Shown: positions 49,637-59,088 of the stretch, piece by piece | How the letters are laid out: each line of letters starts with the position of its first letter | Numbering within the stretch: position 1 is the stretch's first letter | Assembly: GCA_963740085.1 (NCBI GenBank) | Contig: CAVUCU010000004.1 | Location: forward strand, 544,001-608,000 | Direction: 5' to 3' | Length of the DNA: 64,000 nucleotides | Source of the DNA: Nitrospirota bacterium | GTDB taxonomy: Bacteria > Nitrospirota > UBA9217 | Translations under genes and position numbers: made by a program | The notes under the pieces: generated by a model | What the model was told of the DNA's origin: nothing | Databases searched by the model: none | Seen by the model: the letters and a program-made list of their open reading frames with translations, nothing else

Positions 49637-51001
49637 ATGAGTATCATTGTAGTCGGCCTTAGTCATAAAACAGCGCCCATCGAGGTCCGTGAGAAGCTCA
49701 ATTTTCCTGAAGCGACCGTTTCAGAGGCGCTTAAGAAATTGGTGAACTACGAGGGGATCCGGGAGGGCCTTATTCTCTCTACCTGCAACCGGGTGGAGAT
49801 CTATGCATCCGTACAGGACAGCGTATCTGGCATCGAACGGATCAAACAGTTCATCTCGGATTACCATGGCCTTTCCAGGGAGGCCCTGGAACAGTCTCTC
49901 TATGTTTATCCCGAGGCCCAGGGTGTGCGCCATACGTTCCGCGTGGCATCAAGTCTTGACTCCATGGTGCTGGGAGAGGCGCAGATACTGGGGCAGCTCA
50001 AGGAGTCCTTCGACATCGCCCTCAAGGCAAAGACCACGAGCACCATTCTCAATAAACTGATCAAAAAGGCGATTTCTGTTGCAAAACGGGTCCGTACCGA
50101 GACCAAACTCGCCGAAGGAGCGGTGTCCATCAGCACCGCGGCAGTGGAATTGGCAAAGAAGATCTTTGGCGAATTAACCGGCAAGAACGTCATGCTCCTG
50201 GGCGCCGGTGAAATGGCGGAACTTGCCGCCCAGCACCTCCTGGGCAATGGGGTGAAGAACATCATGGTCGCGAACCGCACTTTCGAACGCGCCGAAGAAC
50301 TCGCCAAGGAGTTCAAAGGCGACGCGATCCGGTTCGAACATTTCCCCGACGCCCTTGTTATGGTGGACATCCTTATCTGTGCGACCGGTGCGCCGCAGTA
50401 TGTCGTCAACCGCGAAATGGTCATGCGGGTGCTTAAAGAACGGCGTAATAAGCCGATCTTCATGATCGACATCTCGAATCCGAGAAATATCGACCCCGAG
50501 GTTGACAAGGTCGACAACGTCTATCTCTATGACATCGATGACCTTCAGAGCAAGGTCGACGTGAACACCGGGGGCAGGGCAAAAGAGGCGGAAAAGGCAG
50601 AGGAACTCATCACCCAGGAGGTAGAGACGTACCTCCAGTGGGAGCGTGCTCTTGATGCCGTACCTACCATCGTGGACCTTCGGGAAAAAGTAGAAGACAT
50701 TCGGAAACGCGAGCTCGATAAGACCATCGGTTCATTGAACACCGTCACCGAAGAGCAGAAGCGGGCGATGGAGGCCATGTCCCAGGCGATCGTGAACAAG
50801 TTGCTTCACGCGCCTCTGGTTGTCCTAAAGCAGGCGGCGTCAACTCCGGACACCGGTGACGCAACCATCGCCATAGCGCGCAGACTTTTCAACCTGGACA
50901 AGGAATTAAAGCGGCCCGGCCGCGAGAGGGTTGTCGAGTCGTCGCGTAAAGACGATACTGAACAGAACAAGGAACCCCAAACATCAAAAAATATTTGCTG
51001 A
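49637..51001 (+). CDS. hemA: Glutamyl-tRNA reductase
   Basis: GLSHKTAP, STCNRVE, SLDSMVLGEAQILGQ, GAGEMA. Confidence 0.98.
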   Translation: MSIIVVGLSHKTAPIEVREKLNFPEATVSEALKKLVNYEGIREGLILSTCNRVEIYASVQDSVSGIERIKQFISDYHGLSREALEQSLYVYPEAQGVRHTFRVASSLDSMVLGEAQILGQLKESFDIALKAKTTSTILNKLIKKAISVAKRVRTETKLAEGAVSISTAAVELAKKIFGELTGKNVMLLGAGEMAELAAQHLLGNGVKNIMVANRTFERAEELAKEFKGDAIRFEHFPDALVMVDILICATGAPQYVVNREMVMRVLKERRNKPIFMIDISNPRNIDPEVDKVDNVYLYDIDDLQSKVDVNTGGRAKEAEKAEELITQEVETYLQWERALDAVPTIVDLREKVEDIRKRELDKTIGSLNTVTEEQKRAMEAMSQAIVNKLLHAPLVVLKQAASTPDTGDATIAIARRLFNLDKELKRPGRERVVESSRKDDTEQNKEPQTSKNIC

Positions 51002-51004
51002 TGA

Positions 51005-51042
51005 ATCAGACGGATCAGTCAGATCGGTCGGATCCGACTGAT
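51005..51042. repeat. 9-nt-period self-complementary repeat
   Basis: ATCAGACGG ATCAGTCAG ATCGGTCGG ATCCGACTG AT. Confidence 0.7.
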
Positions 51043-51073
51043 TTTTAGAACGAGTTATTCAAAGGAGTCCTCA

Positions 51074-52039
51074 TTGCGAAAACAGATCAGAATCGGTACA
51101 CGCGCCAGTGCGCTCGCGCTCTGGCAGGCGGAGTGGGTGAAATCGGAGCTCGAAAAGGACTATCCAGGCCTGATCGTGACGCTCATGAAGATCAAGACCA
51201 CGGGCGACAAGATCCTCGATGTGCCGCTCGCCAAGGTCGGCGGCAAGGGGCTGTTCGTGAAGGAGATCGAGGAGGCCATGCTGGCGAACGAGATCGACAT
51301 TGCCGTGCACAGCATGAAAGACGTGCCGACCTTTTTCCCCGATGGGCTCCATCTGTCATGCATCACGAAGCGAGAGGACCCGAGGGACGCCTTGCTTTCA
51401 AGGAACAATACGGCGTTCAAAGATCTGCCCCGGAGCGCGAATGTGGGCACGAGCAGTTTGAGGCGTCAGGCCCAGCTCATGAACGCGCGTCCGGACTTCG
51501 TGATCCATCAACTGCGCGGCAATGTGGGCACAAGGTTGCAGAAATTGAAAGAAGGAAAGTTCGACGCCATCATCCTTGCAGCGGCCGGGGTGAAGCGGCT
51601 GGGGCTTGAGGAGAATGTGTCGGAATACCTCTCACCCGAGATCAGCCTGCCCGCTATCGGACAGGGGGCACTCGGCATTGAATGCCGGGTGGATGACCGG
51701 GAACTCAATGACATGATCGCGTTCTTCAACCATGCGGACAGCCGCACCTGCGTGACGGGAGAACGCGCGCTCCTCAGAAGGCTTGAAGGAGGATGTCAGG
51801 TCCCGATCGCCTGCTACGGGCAGATGAAGGACAGGAAGCTGAAGCTGATCGGTCTTGTCGGCAGCGTGGACGGAAAGCGCATTGTCAAGGACTCCATTGA
51901 AGGAGAGCCGGACAAGGCCGAGAAGCTCGGCGTGGTCCTTGCGGAAAAGCTACTCTCCCGGGGCGCGGACGTGATCCTTCGGGAAGTATACGGAAATACT
52001 ACCGACTTCAGCGGGAATAATCTGCTGGAAAATTCCTAA
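51074..52039 (+). CDS. hemC: Hydroxymethylbilane synthase
   Basis: GTRAS.LALWQ, GKGLFVKE, HSMKD, GTSSLRR, EGGCQVP. Confidence 0.98.
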   Translation: MRKQIRIGTRASALALWQAEWVKSELEKDYPGLIVTLMKIKTTGDKILDVPLAKVGGKGLFVKEIEEAMLANEIDIAVHSMKDVPTFFPDGLHLSCITKREDPRDALLSRNNTAFKDLPRSANVGTSSLRRQAQLMNARPDFVIHQLRGNVGTRLQKLKEGKFDAIILAAAGVKRLGLEENVSEYLSPEISLPAIGQGALGIECRVDDRELNDMIAFFNHADSRTCVTGERALLRRLEGGCQVPIACYGQMKDRKLKLIGLVGSVDGKRIVKDSIEGEPDKAEKLGVVLAEKLLSRGADVILREVYGNTTDFSGNNLLENS

Positions 52040-52057
52040 TAGAACCTGAATCTTCGA

Positions 52058-52142
52058 ACCGCTAGGGCGCGAAGGTCGCGAAGGGTGGATTCTTCATCTT
52101 AAAAATCCGAGATTTTCTTCGCGTACTTGGCGCCTTCGCGGT
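52058..52142. repeat. 8/9-nt-period inverted tandem repeat
   Basis: ACCGCTAGGG CGCGAAGGT CGCGAAG ... CTTCGCGTA CTTGGCGC CTTCGCGGT. Confidence 0.75.
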
Positions 52143-52162
52143 AAATTAATTTATAGCCAACC

Positions 52163-53695
52163 ATGACTCAATCAATCGGAAAAGTATATTTAATAGGCGC
52201 CGGCCCGGGTGACCCGGGTCTGATCACGGTCAAGGGACTGGAGTGCGTAAAAAAGGCTGATGTGATCATCTACGACTATCTTGCGAACGAGCGTTTGCTC
52301 GACCAGCGGCGGCCCGATGCGGAACTGATCTATGTCGGCAAACAGGGCGGCAGACACACGCTGCCCCAGGATGAGATCAACAGCCTGATCGTCAAAAAGG
52401 CGAAAGAGGGAAAGATCGTTGCCCGTTTAAAAGGGGGAGATCCTTTCATCTTCGGCAGGGGCGGGGAAGAGGCCGAGGACCTGGTAGACAGCAATATCCC
52501 CTTCGAAGTAATACCCGGCGTTACTGCCGCCACCGCGGTGCCGACCTATGCGGGCATCCCGCTGACCCATCGGGATTTTACCGCAAGCGTTGCGTTCGTG
52601 ACCGGACATGAGGACCCCACCAAACCGGAATCAAAGGTGCATTGGGACAAGATCTCGACAGGCATTGGTACGCTGGTGTTCTTTATGGGGATGAAGAACC
52701 TCCAGAACATTGTTGACAATCTAGTGTCTCACGGCAGGAACCCTGAAACGCCGGTAGCTGTCGTTCAGTGGGGCACCCGCACTGACCAGAGGGTCATAAC
52801 AGGAACGCTCAAAGACATCGTCCCGCGGGTCAAAGAAGGCAGGCTCGGGCCGCCTGCCATCATCATCGTAGGCGAGGTGGTGAACCTGAGGCAAAAACTG
52901 AACTGGTACGAGTCCAAACCGCTTTTCGGAAAACGGGTCGTGATCACGCGTTCGCGGGACCAGGCAAGCGTGTTTGCCGAGATGCTTATCGACCGCGGCG
53001 CGACGACCATTGAATTTCCCACGATCGATGTTGTTCCTCCCGCGAGCTGGGCCGAGCTGGACAGCGCCATCCAGACGATCGAATCGTATCAATGGATCAT
53101 ATTCACGAGCGCGAACGCGGTCAAATATTTCATGGACCGGCTTCGCGGACTGGGAAAGGACCTGCGCATACTCAAGGGAGTGAACATCTGCACGGTAGGG
53201 CCAAAGACTGCGGAGTTGCTTATGCAGTACGGCCTCAAGGCTGATCTGATACCCGCGGAGTTCAAGGCGGAAGGAGTCGTTGCCGCCCTCCTCGGCGGTC
53301 TCAATGTGAAAGGCCTGAAGATACTGGTCCCCCGGGCGAAGGCGGCACGCGAGATAATCCCGGACAAGCTCAGGGAACAGGGCGCCTCGGTGACCGTAGC
53401 GACCGCTTACGAGAACGTACGACCGACGGCGGATGTGGACAGGATAAAAAAACTGTTCGCGGAAAATAAAATATCCGCTTTGACCTTCACCAGCTCCTCG
53501 ACCGTGCACAATTTTGTTGAAATACTCGGACAAAAAGAGTATAAAACGTTTTTACAGGGTGTAACCGTGGCCTGCATCGGACCGGTAACGGCAAAGACCG
53601 CGAAGGAATACGGTATGAAAATAGATGTTATGCCGAAAGAATATACCATTCCTGCTCTCGTCGATGCGATGGTGGAATTTTTCAAAAAAGAATAA
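52163..53695 (+). CDS. cobA: Uroporphyrinogen-III C-methyltransferase / synthase fusion (CobA-HemD)
   Basis: GAGPGDPGL, RLKGGDP..FGRGGEE; HemD part FTSANAV, FTSSSTV, CIGPVT. Confidence 0.96.
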   Translation: MTQSIGKVYLIGAGPGDPGLITVKGLECVKKADVIIYDYLANERLLDQRRPDAELIYVGKQGGRHTLPQDEINSLIVKKAKEGKIVARLKGGDPFIFGRGGEEAEDLVDSNIPFEVIPGVTAATAVPTYAGIPLTHRDFTASVAFVTGHEDPTKPESKVHWDKISTGIGTLVFFMGMKNLQNIVDNLVSHGRNPETPVAVVQWGTRTDQRVITGTLKDIVPRVKEGRLGPPAIIIVGEVVNLRQKLNWYESKPLFGKRVVITRSRDQASVFAEMLIDRGATTIEFPTIDVVPPASWAELDSAIQTIESYQWIIFTSANAVKYFMDRLRGLGKDLRILKGVNICTVGPKTAELLMQYGLKADLIPAEFKAEGVVAALLGGLNVKGLKILVPRAKAAREIIPDKLREQGASVTVATAYENVRPTADVDRIKKLFAENKISALTFTSSSTVHNFVEILGQKEYKTFLQGVTVACIGPVTAKTAKEYGMKIDVMPKEYTIPALVDAMVEFFKKE

Positions 53696-53754
53696 GGTTT
53701 TTGATCGCACCCGACCCTGTGGCAAAGATGTTAACTAATCAAGAAGGAGACGTT

Positions 53755-54135
53755 ATGATAACCATTTCAGAAGTTGCAGCTGACAAGATCAAGGAGATAC
53801 TCGAGTCAGAGGGCGTACCCGGGCATGCGCTGCGCGTGACAGCGGCCGCCGGCGGATGCGGCTGCGGCCCATCCTATGAGATCATGATCGATGATAAGAC
53901 CGGCGACGGAGACACCGTGGTCGAGAAGAACGGAGCCAGACTTTTTGTCGATGCTTCGACCGCCATGAAGCTGGAGGGGGCCGAACTCGGCTTCATCAGC
54001 GATGAGCGCGGCGAGGGTTTTGCGATCGGATTTCCAAACGGCGCGCCGTCCGGCGGGAGCTGTGGCTGCGGCGGTGGCGAAGAGCCCAAGACGGGCGGCG
54101 GTGGATGCGGTTCAGGCGGCTGCGGCTGCAGTTAA
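53755..54135 (+). CDS. HesB/IscA-family Fe-S carrier with Cys/Gly-rich tail
   Basis: ITISEVAA, LRV...GGCGCG.SY, LFVD, GF, SCGCG; SD AAGGAG. Confidence 0.85.
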   Translation: MITISEVAADKIKEILESEGVPGHALRVTAAAGGCGCGPSYEIMIDDKTGDGDTVVEKNGARLFVDASTAMKLEGAELGFISDERGEGFAIGFPNGAPSGGSCGCGGGEEPKTGGGGCGSGGCGCS

Positions 54136-54213
54136 GATTCGGACGATGTGAAGAGATGAAGGTGAGAACTGAAGCAAAGACAGCACAACTTCCCATCTCC
54201 CTAACTTCTTAAC
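54131..54213. repeat. 8-nt-period inverted tandem repeat
   Basis: GTTAAGA..GATGTGAA GAGATGAA GGTGAGAA ... AACTTCCC ATCTCCCT AACTTCTT AAC. Confidence 0.6.
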
Positions 54214-54240
54214 GTCAGGTTGTATAAGACAGGAGATCCC

Positions 54241-55215
54241 ATGTTCCAGCCAGTATACCGGCCGAGAAGGCTGCGCTCCAACGAGAACATACGTCGTATG
54301 GTGCGGGAGACGACACTTTCCCCCGATGATTTCATCTATCCGCTTTTTGTCACTCATGGCAAGGGAGTGAAGAAAGAGATCGGGGCCATGCCCGGGAACT
54401 ATCAGCAGTCCATTGACAATATCGTAAAGGACTGTGAAGAGGTGAAGAACCTGGGGATTCCGGCGGTGCTTCTCTTCGGCATCCCCGAGCACAAGGACGA
54501 GGTCGGCAGCGAGGCCTACTCCGACGAGGGTATCGTCCAGCACGCCATCAAGGCGATCAAGAACAAACTGCCTGAACTTGTCGTGATCACCGACGTCTGT
54601 CTCTGCGAATATACGAGCCACGGCCACTGCGGCCTGATCAAAAACGGAGTTGTTCAGAACGACGCCACGCTCGAACTGCTTGCCAGGGAGGCGCTTTCCC
54701 ATGCCAAGGCGGGTGCGGACATGGTCGCTCCGTCGGACATGATGGACGGCAGGGTCGCCGCCATCCGCGAGATACTTGACAGCGAATGTTTTTACGATGT
54801 TCCGATCATGTCCTATGCCGCGAAGTATGCTTCGAGCTTCTATGGCCCCTTCCGCGAAGCGGCTGAGTCTACTCCGCAGTTCGGCGATCGTCGATCGTAC
54901 CAGATGGACGCCCCGAACAGCCGTGAGGCCCTGCGAGAAGTATCCCTCGATATCGACGAAGGTGCGGACATCGTGATGGTGAAGCCCGCACTCGCCTATC
55001 TTGATATCATCTACCAGGTGAAACAGCAATTCAATCTGCCTGTCGCAGCCTATAACGTCAGTGGAGAATACTCCATGATAAAGGCCGCGGCAAAGCTCGG
55101 ATGGATCGATGGCGAACGCGCCATGATGGAGTCGCTTATTGCGATCAAACGTGCGGGCGCCGATATGATCCTGACTTATTTTGCCAAAGAGGCTGCAGCG
55201 TTATTGAATAAATAG
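54241..55215 (+). CDS. hemB: Porphobilinogen synthase
   Basis: [40 protein letters not shown]. Confidence 0.98.
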   Translation: MFQPVYRPRRLRSNENIRRMVRETTLSPDDFIYPLFVTHGKGVKKEIGAMPGNYQQSIDNIVKDCEEVKNLGIPAVLLFGIPEHKDEVGSEAYSDEGIVQHAIKAIKNKLPELVVITDVCLCEYTSHGHCGLIKNGVVQNDATLELLAREALSHAKAGADMVAPSDMMDGRVAAIREILDSECFYDVPIMSYAAKYASSFYGPFREAAESTPQFGDRRSYQMDAPNSREALREVSLDIDEGADIVMVKPALAYLDIIYQVKQQFNLPVAAYNVSGEYSMIKAAAKLGWIDGERAMMESLIAIKRAGADMILTYFAKEAAALLNK

Positions 55216-55218
55216 CGA

Positions 55219-55550
55219 ATGAAGGACTTTCACGGTGAGAAAATTTCCTTAACCTCTTCCTTTCCTATCAGAAGGATGGTTTCATCGTGTTGGCCGTATA
55301 CACAGACGATTCAGAGAAACCCGTCCAATCGTTCATCAGGAAAAAGGCGATAGCTTTTCCCGTGCTTATTGATAAGGACCAGGAGGTTTATTTCGACGAG
55401 TATGGGGTCATTGGTCTTCCAACAAGTTTTCTCATAGACCGGGATGGGCTTGTCAGAGAAAAGTTTCTTGGCGATCGGCCATGGGATGCCCCGGAAATGA
55501 AGGAGAAAACAGAAAAGTTGTTGTCAAAAAACAGGAAGAAGGGGAAATGA
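55219..55550 (+). pseudogene. TlpA/ResA thiol-disulfide oxidoreductase remnant lacking CxxC
   Basis: MKDFHGEKISL is joined out of frame to NLFLSYQKDGFIVLAV...FPVLID...YGVIGLPTSFLIDRDG...G.R.W. Confidence 0.75.
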
Positions 55551-55680
55551 GGACCTGGCTATAAAGCTCAGCTTGCTCCCGGTACAACCACAACTCTCCG
55601 CGCAGATTATTACCTCCATCGCAACTCATTGCCTCACATCCGATCAAGGTCATAAACCCAAAAATATAACGATCAATACA

Positions 55681-55814
55681 AGATGAAGCCGTAAAAGTTG
55701 AAGAACTCCCTACTTGTCATTTCGAACGAAGTGAGAAATCTTGTTTTTCCGGTCGGTTGAAAGATCCCTCTCTCCGTTCGGGATGACACTTTCTGACTTT
55801 TTACGAGACCATCT
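55681..55814. mobile_element. MITE-like element with nested 27-bp inverted repeat
   Basis: Outer imperfect IR AGATGAAGCCGTAAAAGT / ACTTTTTACGAGACCATCT; inner IR 55715-55741 / 55762-55788. Confidence 0.65.
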
Positions 55815-55825
55815 CACAAGAAGGT

Positions 55826-56623
55826 TTAAGAGACCTTTCCTGGATTTTGTCTGTGCTCATGATTTAATATATGGTCCTTGCAGTAGCCAAGCCCGCCGCA
55901 CTCGGGGCAGTAACGAAATTCCATCTGAGGATGCGATAGATCGGTAATGCCGCAGGTAGCGCACGTATGGAATGCTTCCTTCTTTCCCGTGAACTGTCTC
56001 GCCTGGGCTGCCATGACCCGCTTGCCGGTCTTCATTCTCCACGCGATATCTCTTCCAAAGAACAGGAGGAAGTTGCTGATCGAGGCGAGCACGAAGAGCC
56101 GCGTTGACCAGGACCCGAACAGGACCTCATAAGCATAGCCGATCCACGTGAGAAGCGCCAGCCATTTGATCTTGACCGGGAGGATAAACAAGATATAAAG
56201 CTGGAAATCCGGATACAGGAAGGCGAAGGCCAGGAACACTGAACCGCCGATGAACACGTTCGTTGCCGGATACATGGGCAAGATGAAAGACACTGCCACG
56301 GTGATAACGTAACCGATAAGAAGAAAAAGGTTGTAACGGAATGCCCCCCAGTGGCCTTCGAGGGCGCTCCCCATGAGATAGAACAGGTACCAGGCGAAAA
56401 ATGCGAATATCGGGTTGGTCATTGGGGGGATGAATATGAACGTGAGCAGTCTCCACCACTCGCCCGCAAGAACAAGATACGGGATAAGCACCACACGATC
56501 GAGGATGAACCTGCCCGACAGGGCGAAAACGAAAAAGAGCACCTGGCCGAGGATAAGGTAGACGGTCAGGTTTTGAACGGCGTAACGCCGGAATTTTCTT
56601 TCGAGCTTTTCAAGCATGTTCAT
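55826..56623 (-). CDS. Rhomboid-like membrane protein with C-terminal Cys/His zinc finger
   Basis: GEWWRLLTF, multiple TMs, F..LYP, HTCATCG...FRYCPEC...YCKDH...H; SD AGGGAG. Confidence 0.75.
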   Translation of the reverse strand: MNMLEKLERKFRRYAVQNLTVYLILGQVLFFVFALSGRFILDRVVLIPYLVLAGEWWRLLTFIFIPPMTNPIFAFFAWYLFYLMGSALEGHWGAFRYNLFLLIGYVITVAVSFILPMYPATNVFIGGSVFLAFAFLYPDFQLYILFILPVKIKWLALLTWIGYAYEVLFGSWSTRLFVLASISNFLLFFGRDIAWRMKTGKRVMAAQARQFTGKKEAFHTCATCGITDLSHPQMEFRYCPECGGLGYCKDHILNHEHRQNPGKVS

Positions 56624-56668
56624 GAATAACTCCCTGACCTGACAAGCCGGAACAAATATCAATTCAAA

Positions 56669-56764
56669 TTTACCACGGATGGACACTAATGAACACAAAT
56701 AAAAAAATCAAGATTGAGTCCCTATTTATTCCATCAGTGTCAATTCGTGTTAATCCGTGGCAAA
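56669..56764. repeat. 10-nt-period inverted tandem repeat
   Basis: CCACGGATGG ACACTAATGA ACACAAAT ... ATCAGTGTCA ATTCGTGTTA ATCCGTGG. Confidence 0.8.
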
Positions 56765-56837
56765 ACAGCTTTTAGATTTTTTTGCCATGTTAAGCAGAAT
56801 TTGATCCGTAGTAATTACTCGAGGTATCCCACCGTCA

Positions 56838-57509
56838 TCAGGTGGTAATTGGTTCTCCGTTCAACTGTGTCAGATGACCTGCACTATCGAACTCGGCGCT
56901 CAACCGCTCGCCCGTGTCGAGGTCGCCGGTGACTGTGGAGCCGTTTACTGCAAGGGGGATGCCTCTTGTCCGGAGATAGGAAAGAAGCGCATTCCGGTGA
57001 TTAATTTCATATCGGGAGATCAGTTCAAGGAACCGGCGTGATAAGCGCGACAGGTCAAAGAAGGGCTGCGCGTCGATCAATTTGTCATAGAGCAGGAGAA
57101 ATGCCGATCCACCTTCGTATGCGTCCCGGAGATAGCAGCTCGCCTTGCAGAGTTCGCAGGCGATCATCGAAAGCATGTGGCCATCAGCTTGGTGAAGGTC
57201 AACGGCAGGGAGGGTAAATTCCGGAACACCTTCATGCGATCCCCAGTCCCGGAGGTCACGGGATGCTTTGAGCAGATCCACCGGGACCTCCTCTGTCTGC
57301 TCGTCAGCCCAAGCCCAGAGCCACATGAGCGTGTTGTCTGATTCCGTGCCGAGTACCTGAAAGGTAACATCGAGGTTGTCGTTGAAGCGTATCTTCCCGG
57401 CATCAAGATCGAGACAATAGGTGTGTTCACCGAACAGGAGGTCCATCTTGTCCTGTTTTTCGAGCGAGAGAAGGGCGAACTGTTCGAGGTATTCCGTAAG
57501 CTTGGCCAT
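56838..57509 (-). CDS. DUF6882-like hypothetical protein
   Basis: DLDAG.I.F...QVLGT....WLWAWA motif. Confidence 0.65.
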   Translation of the reverse strand: MAKLTEYLEQFALLSLEKQDKMDLLFGEHTYCLDLDAGKIRFNDNLDVTFQVLGTESDNTLMWLWAWADEQTEEVPVDLLKASRDLRDWGSHEGVPEFTLPAVDLHQADGHMLSMIACELCKASCYLRDAYEGGSAFLLLYDKLIDAQPFFDLSRLSRRFLELISRYEINHRNALLSYLRTRGIPLAVNGSTVTGDLDTGERLSAEFDSAGHLTQLNGEPITT

Positions 57510-57645
57510 GATCCACCGAATGGCGACAATAGAATGGATTTACTATACTGTTATTCATTCTTTTTTGCAAGAGCGACTAATGAATACAAATAAAATACAA
57601 ATAAAATAATTGCATTTGCGAACAACATGGAGTATCCTATGTACC

Positions 57646-59088
57646 ATGAAAATGAGAACGCATGGCCTGTCATATCCTGCAATTATACTGGCATTTCTCC
57701 TGGTCAGTTGTTCCGCACACACCTCACCGGAAAAGGCGGCGCAACAAATCGAAAGCATCCAGTCACCGAGTGCGGGAAATGGTGCGGGCACACTGCTTGA
57801 TCAGGCGGACCTTGTTCCCGATCAAAACGTCGATGAGGCTGATGACGGGGAAGACTCAGCCCAGGATGAGACAAGGAACGGGAACGCTGCGCCAGTAGAG
57901 GAGAACCCACTCGACACGGCACTTGAACTTACCGCGACCTCCCAGGACCTCTGGGAAGCGGGAGATGCCGGGAAGGCCATCGATGCTCTGGATCAGGCAT
58001 ACGCGCTCATCTTGAAAGCACCTGCGGACGCTGAGGGAAAGGACAGCCAGCAAAAGGACGATTTGCGGTACCTGATCTCCAAGAGGCTCATGGAGATCTA
58101 CACGTCGCGTCTCAACTCGGTGAACGGCATTCACAATGAGATTCCTCTTGTCATGAATGAGCATGTAGCGAGCGAGATCAAGCTTTTCCAGACCATGGAA
58201 CGTGATTTCTTTATAGAATCGTACAAGCGCTCTGGCAGATACCGGGAGGAAATGGTCAAGGCATTCCGTGAAGCTGGCATTCCCGAGGAGATCACGTGGC
58301 TCCCCTTGATAGAGAGCGGATTTAAGGTGCGCGCCATGTCCCGTGCACGGGCACTGGGTCTGTGGCAGTTCATCCCCTCAACAGGCTATAAGTTTGGCCT
58401 CAAGCGCGATGCCTGGATCGATGAGCGGTTAGATCCGGGAAAGGCCACAGCGGCGTCCATTGCCTATTTAAAGGAATTGCATCAGATGTTCGGCGACTGG
58501 GCCACGGTGCTTGCAGCGTATAACTGTGGTGAAGGGAACGTGCTGCGCGCCATCCGGAGACAAAAAATCGATTACCTCGATAATTTCTGGGATCTCTACC
58601 AACGTCTGCCGCGAGAGACCGCCCGGTATTATCCGCGGTTCCTGGCGGTCCTTACGATCCTTAAGGACCCTGCAAAATACGGATTCACCCTTGATGAGCT
58701 GGAGAAGCCGGCCGCTTACGAAGTGGTCACCATTGAAAAACCGGTCCATTTAAAAAAGATCGCGGAAAAGACGGGGTGCTCCGATGAAGAACTTGCAAAC
58801 CTGAATCCCGAACTTCGAAATCGAGCCACCCCTGCCGAGCCGTACGAGCTCAAAGTGCCGGTTGGGAAAAAGGAAGCTGTTCTCGCCTGCGTGGATACTC
58901 TGCCAAAATGGTCTCCACCCCAAATGGACTATGTGGTCCATCGGGTGCGGAGAGGGGAGACGCTCTCCAGAATCGCCATGCACTATCGCACGAGTGTCAA
59001 ACGGATCATCGAATTGAACAACCTGCGGCGGGGAAAGCTGATCAGCATCGGCCAGCGATTGAAAATACCTGTTCGCAAAACCAGCTAG
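57646..59088 (+). CDS. Lipoprotein MltD-type lytic transglycosylase with LysM
   Basis: Lipobox LVSC, IESG, GLWQFIP, AAYNCG, ETARY, C-terminal LysM. Confidence 0.88.
   Translation: MKMRTHGLSYPAIILAFLLVSCSAHTSPEKAAQQIESIQSPSAGNGAGTLLDQADLVPDQNVDEADDGEDSAQDETRNGNAAPVEENPLDTALELTATSQDLWEAGDAGKAIDALDQAYALILKAPADAEGKDSQQKDDLRYLISKRLMEIYTSRLNSVNGIHNEIPLVMNEHVASEIKLFQTMERDFFIESYKRSGRYREEMVKAFREAGIPEEITWLPLIESGFKVRAMSRARALGLWQFIPSTGYKFGLKRDAWIDERLDPGKATAASIAYLKELHQMFGDWATVLAAYNCGEGNVLRAIRRQKIDYLDNFWDLYQRLPRETARYYPRFLAVLTILKDPAKYGFTLDELEKPAAYEVVTIEKPVHLKKIAEKTGCSDEELANLNPELRNRATPAEPYELKVPVGKKEAVLACVDTLPKWSPPQMDYVVHRVRRGETLSRIAMHYRTSVKRIIELNNLRRGKLISIGQRLKIPVRKTS

Noticed and set aside
53755-54135. HesB-like selenoprotein
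   Set aside because: No in-frame TGA; all relevant positions are Cys codons.
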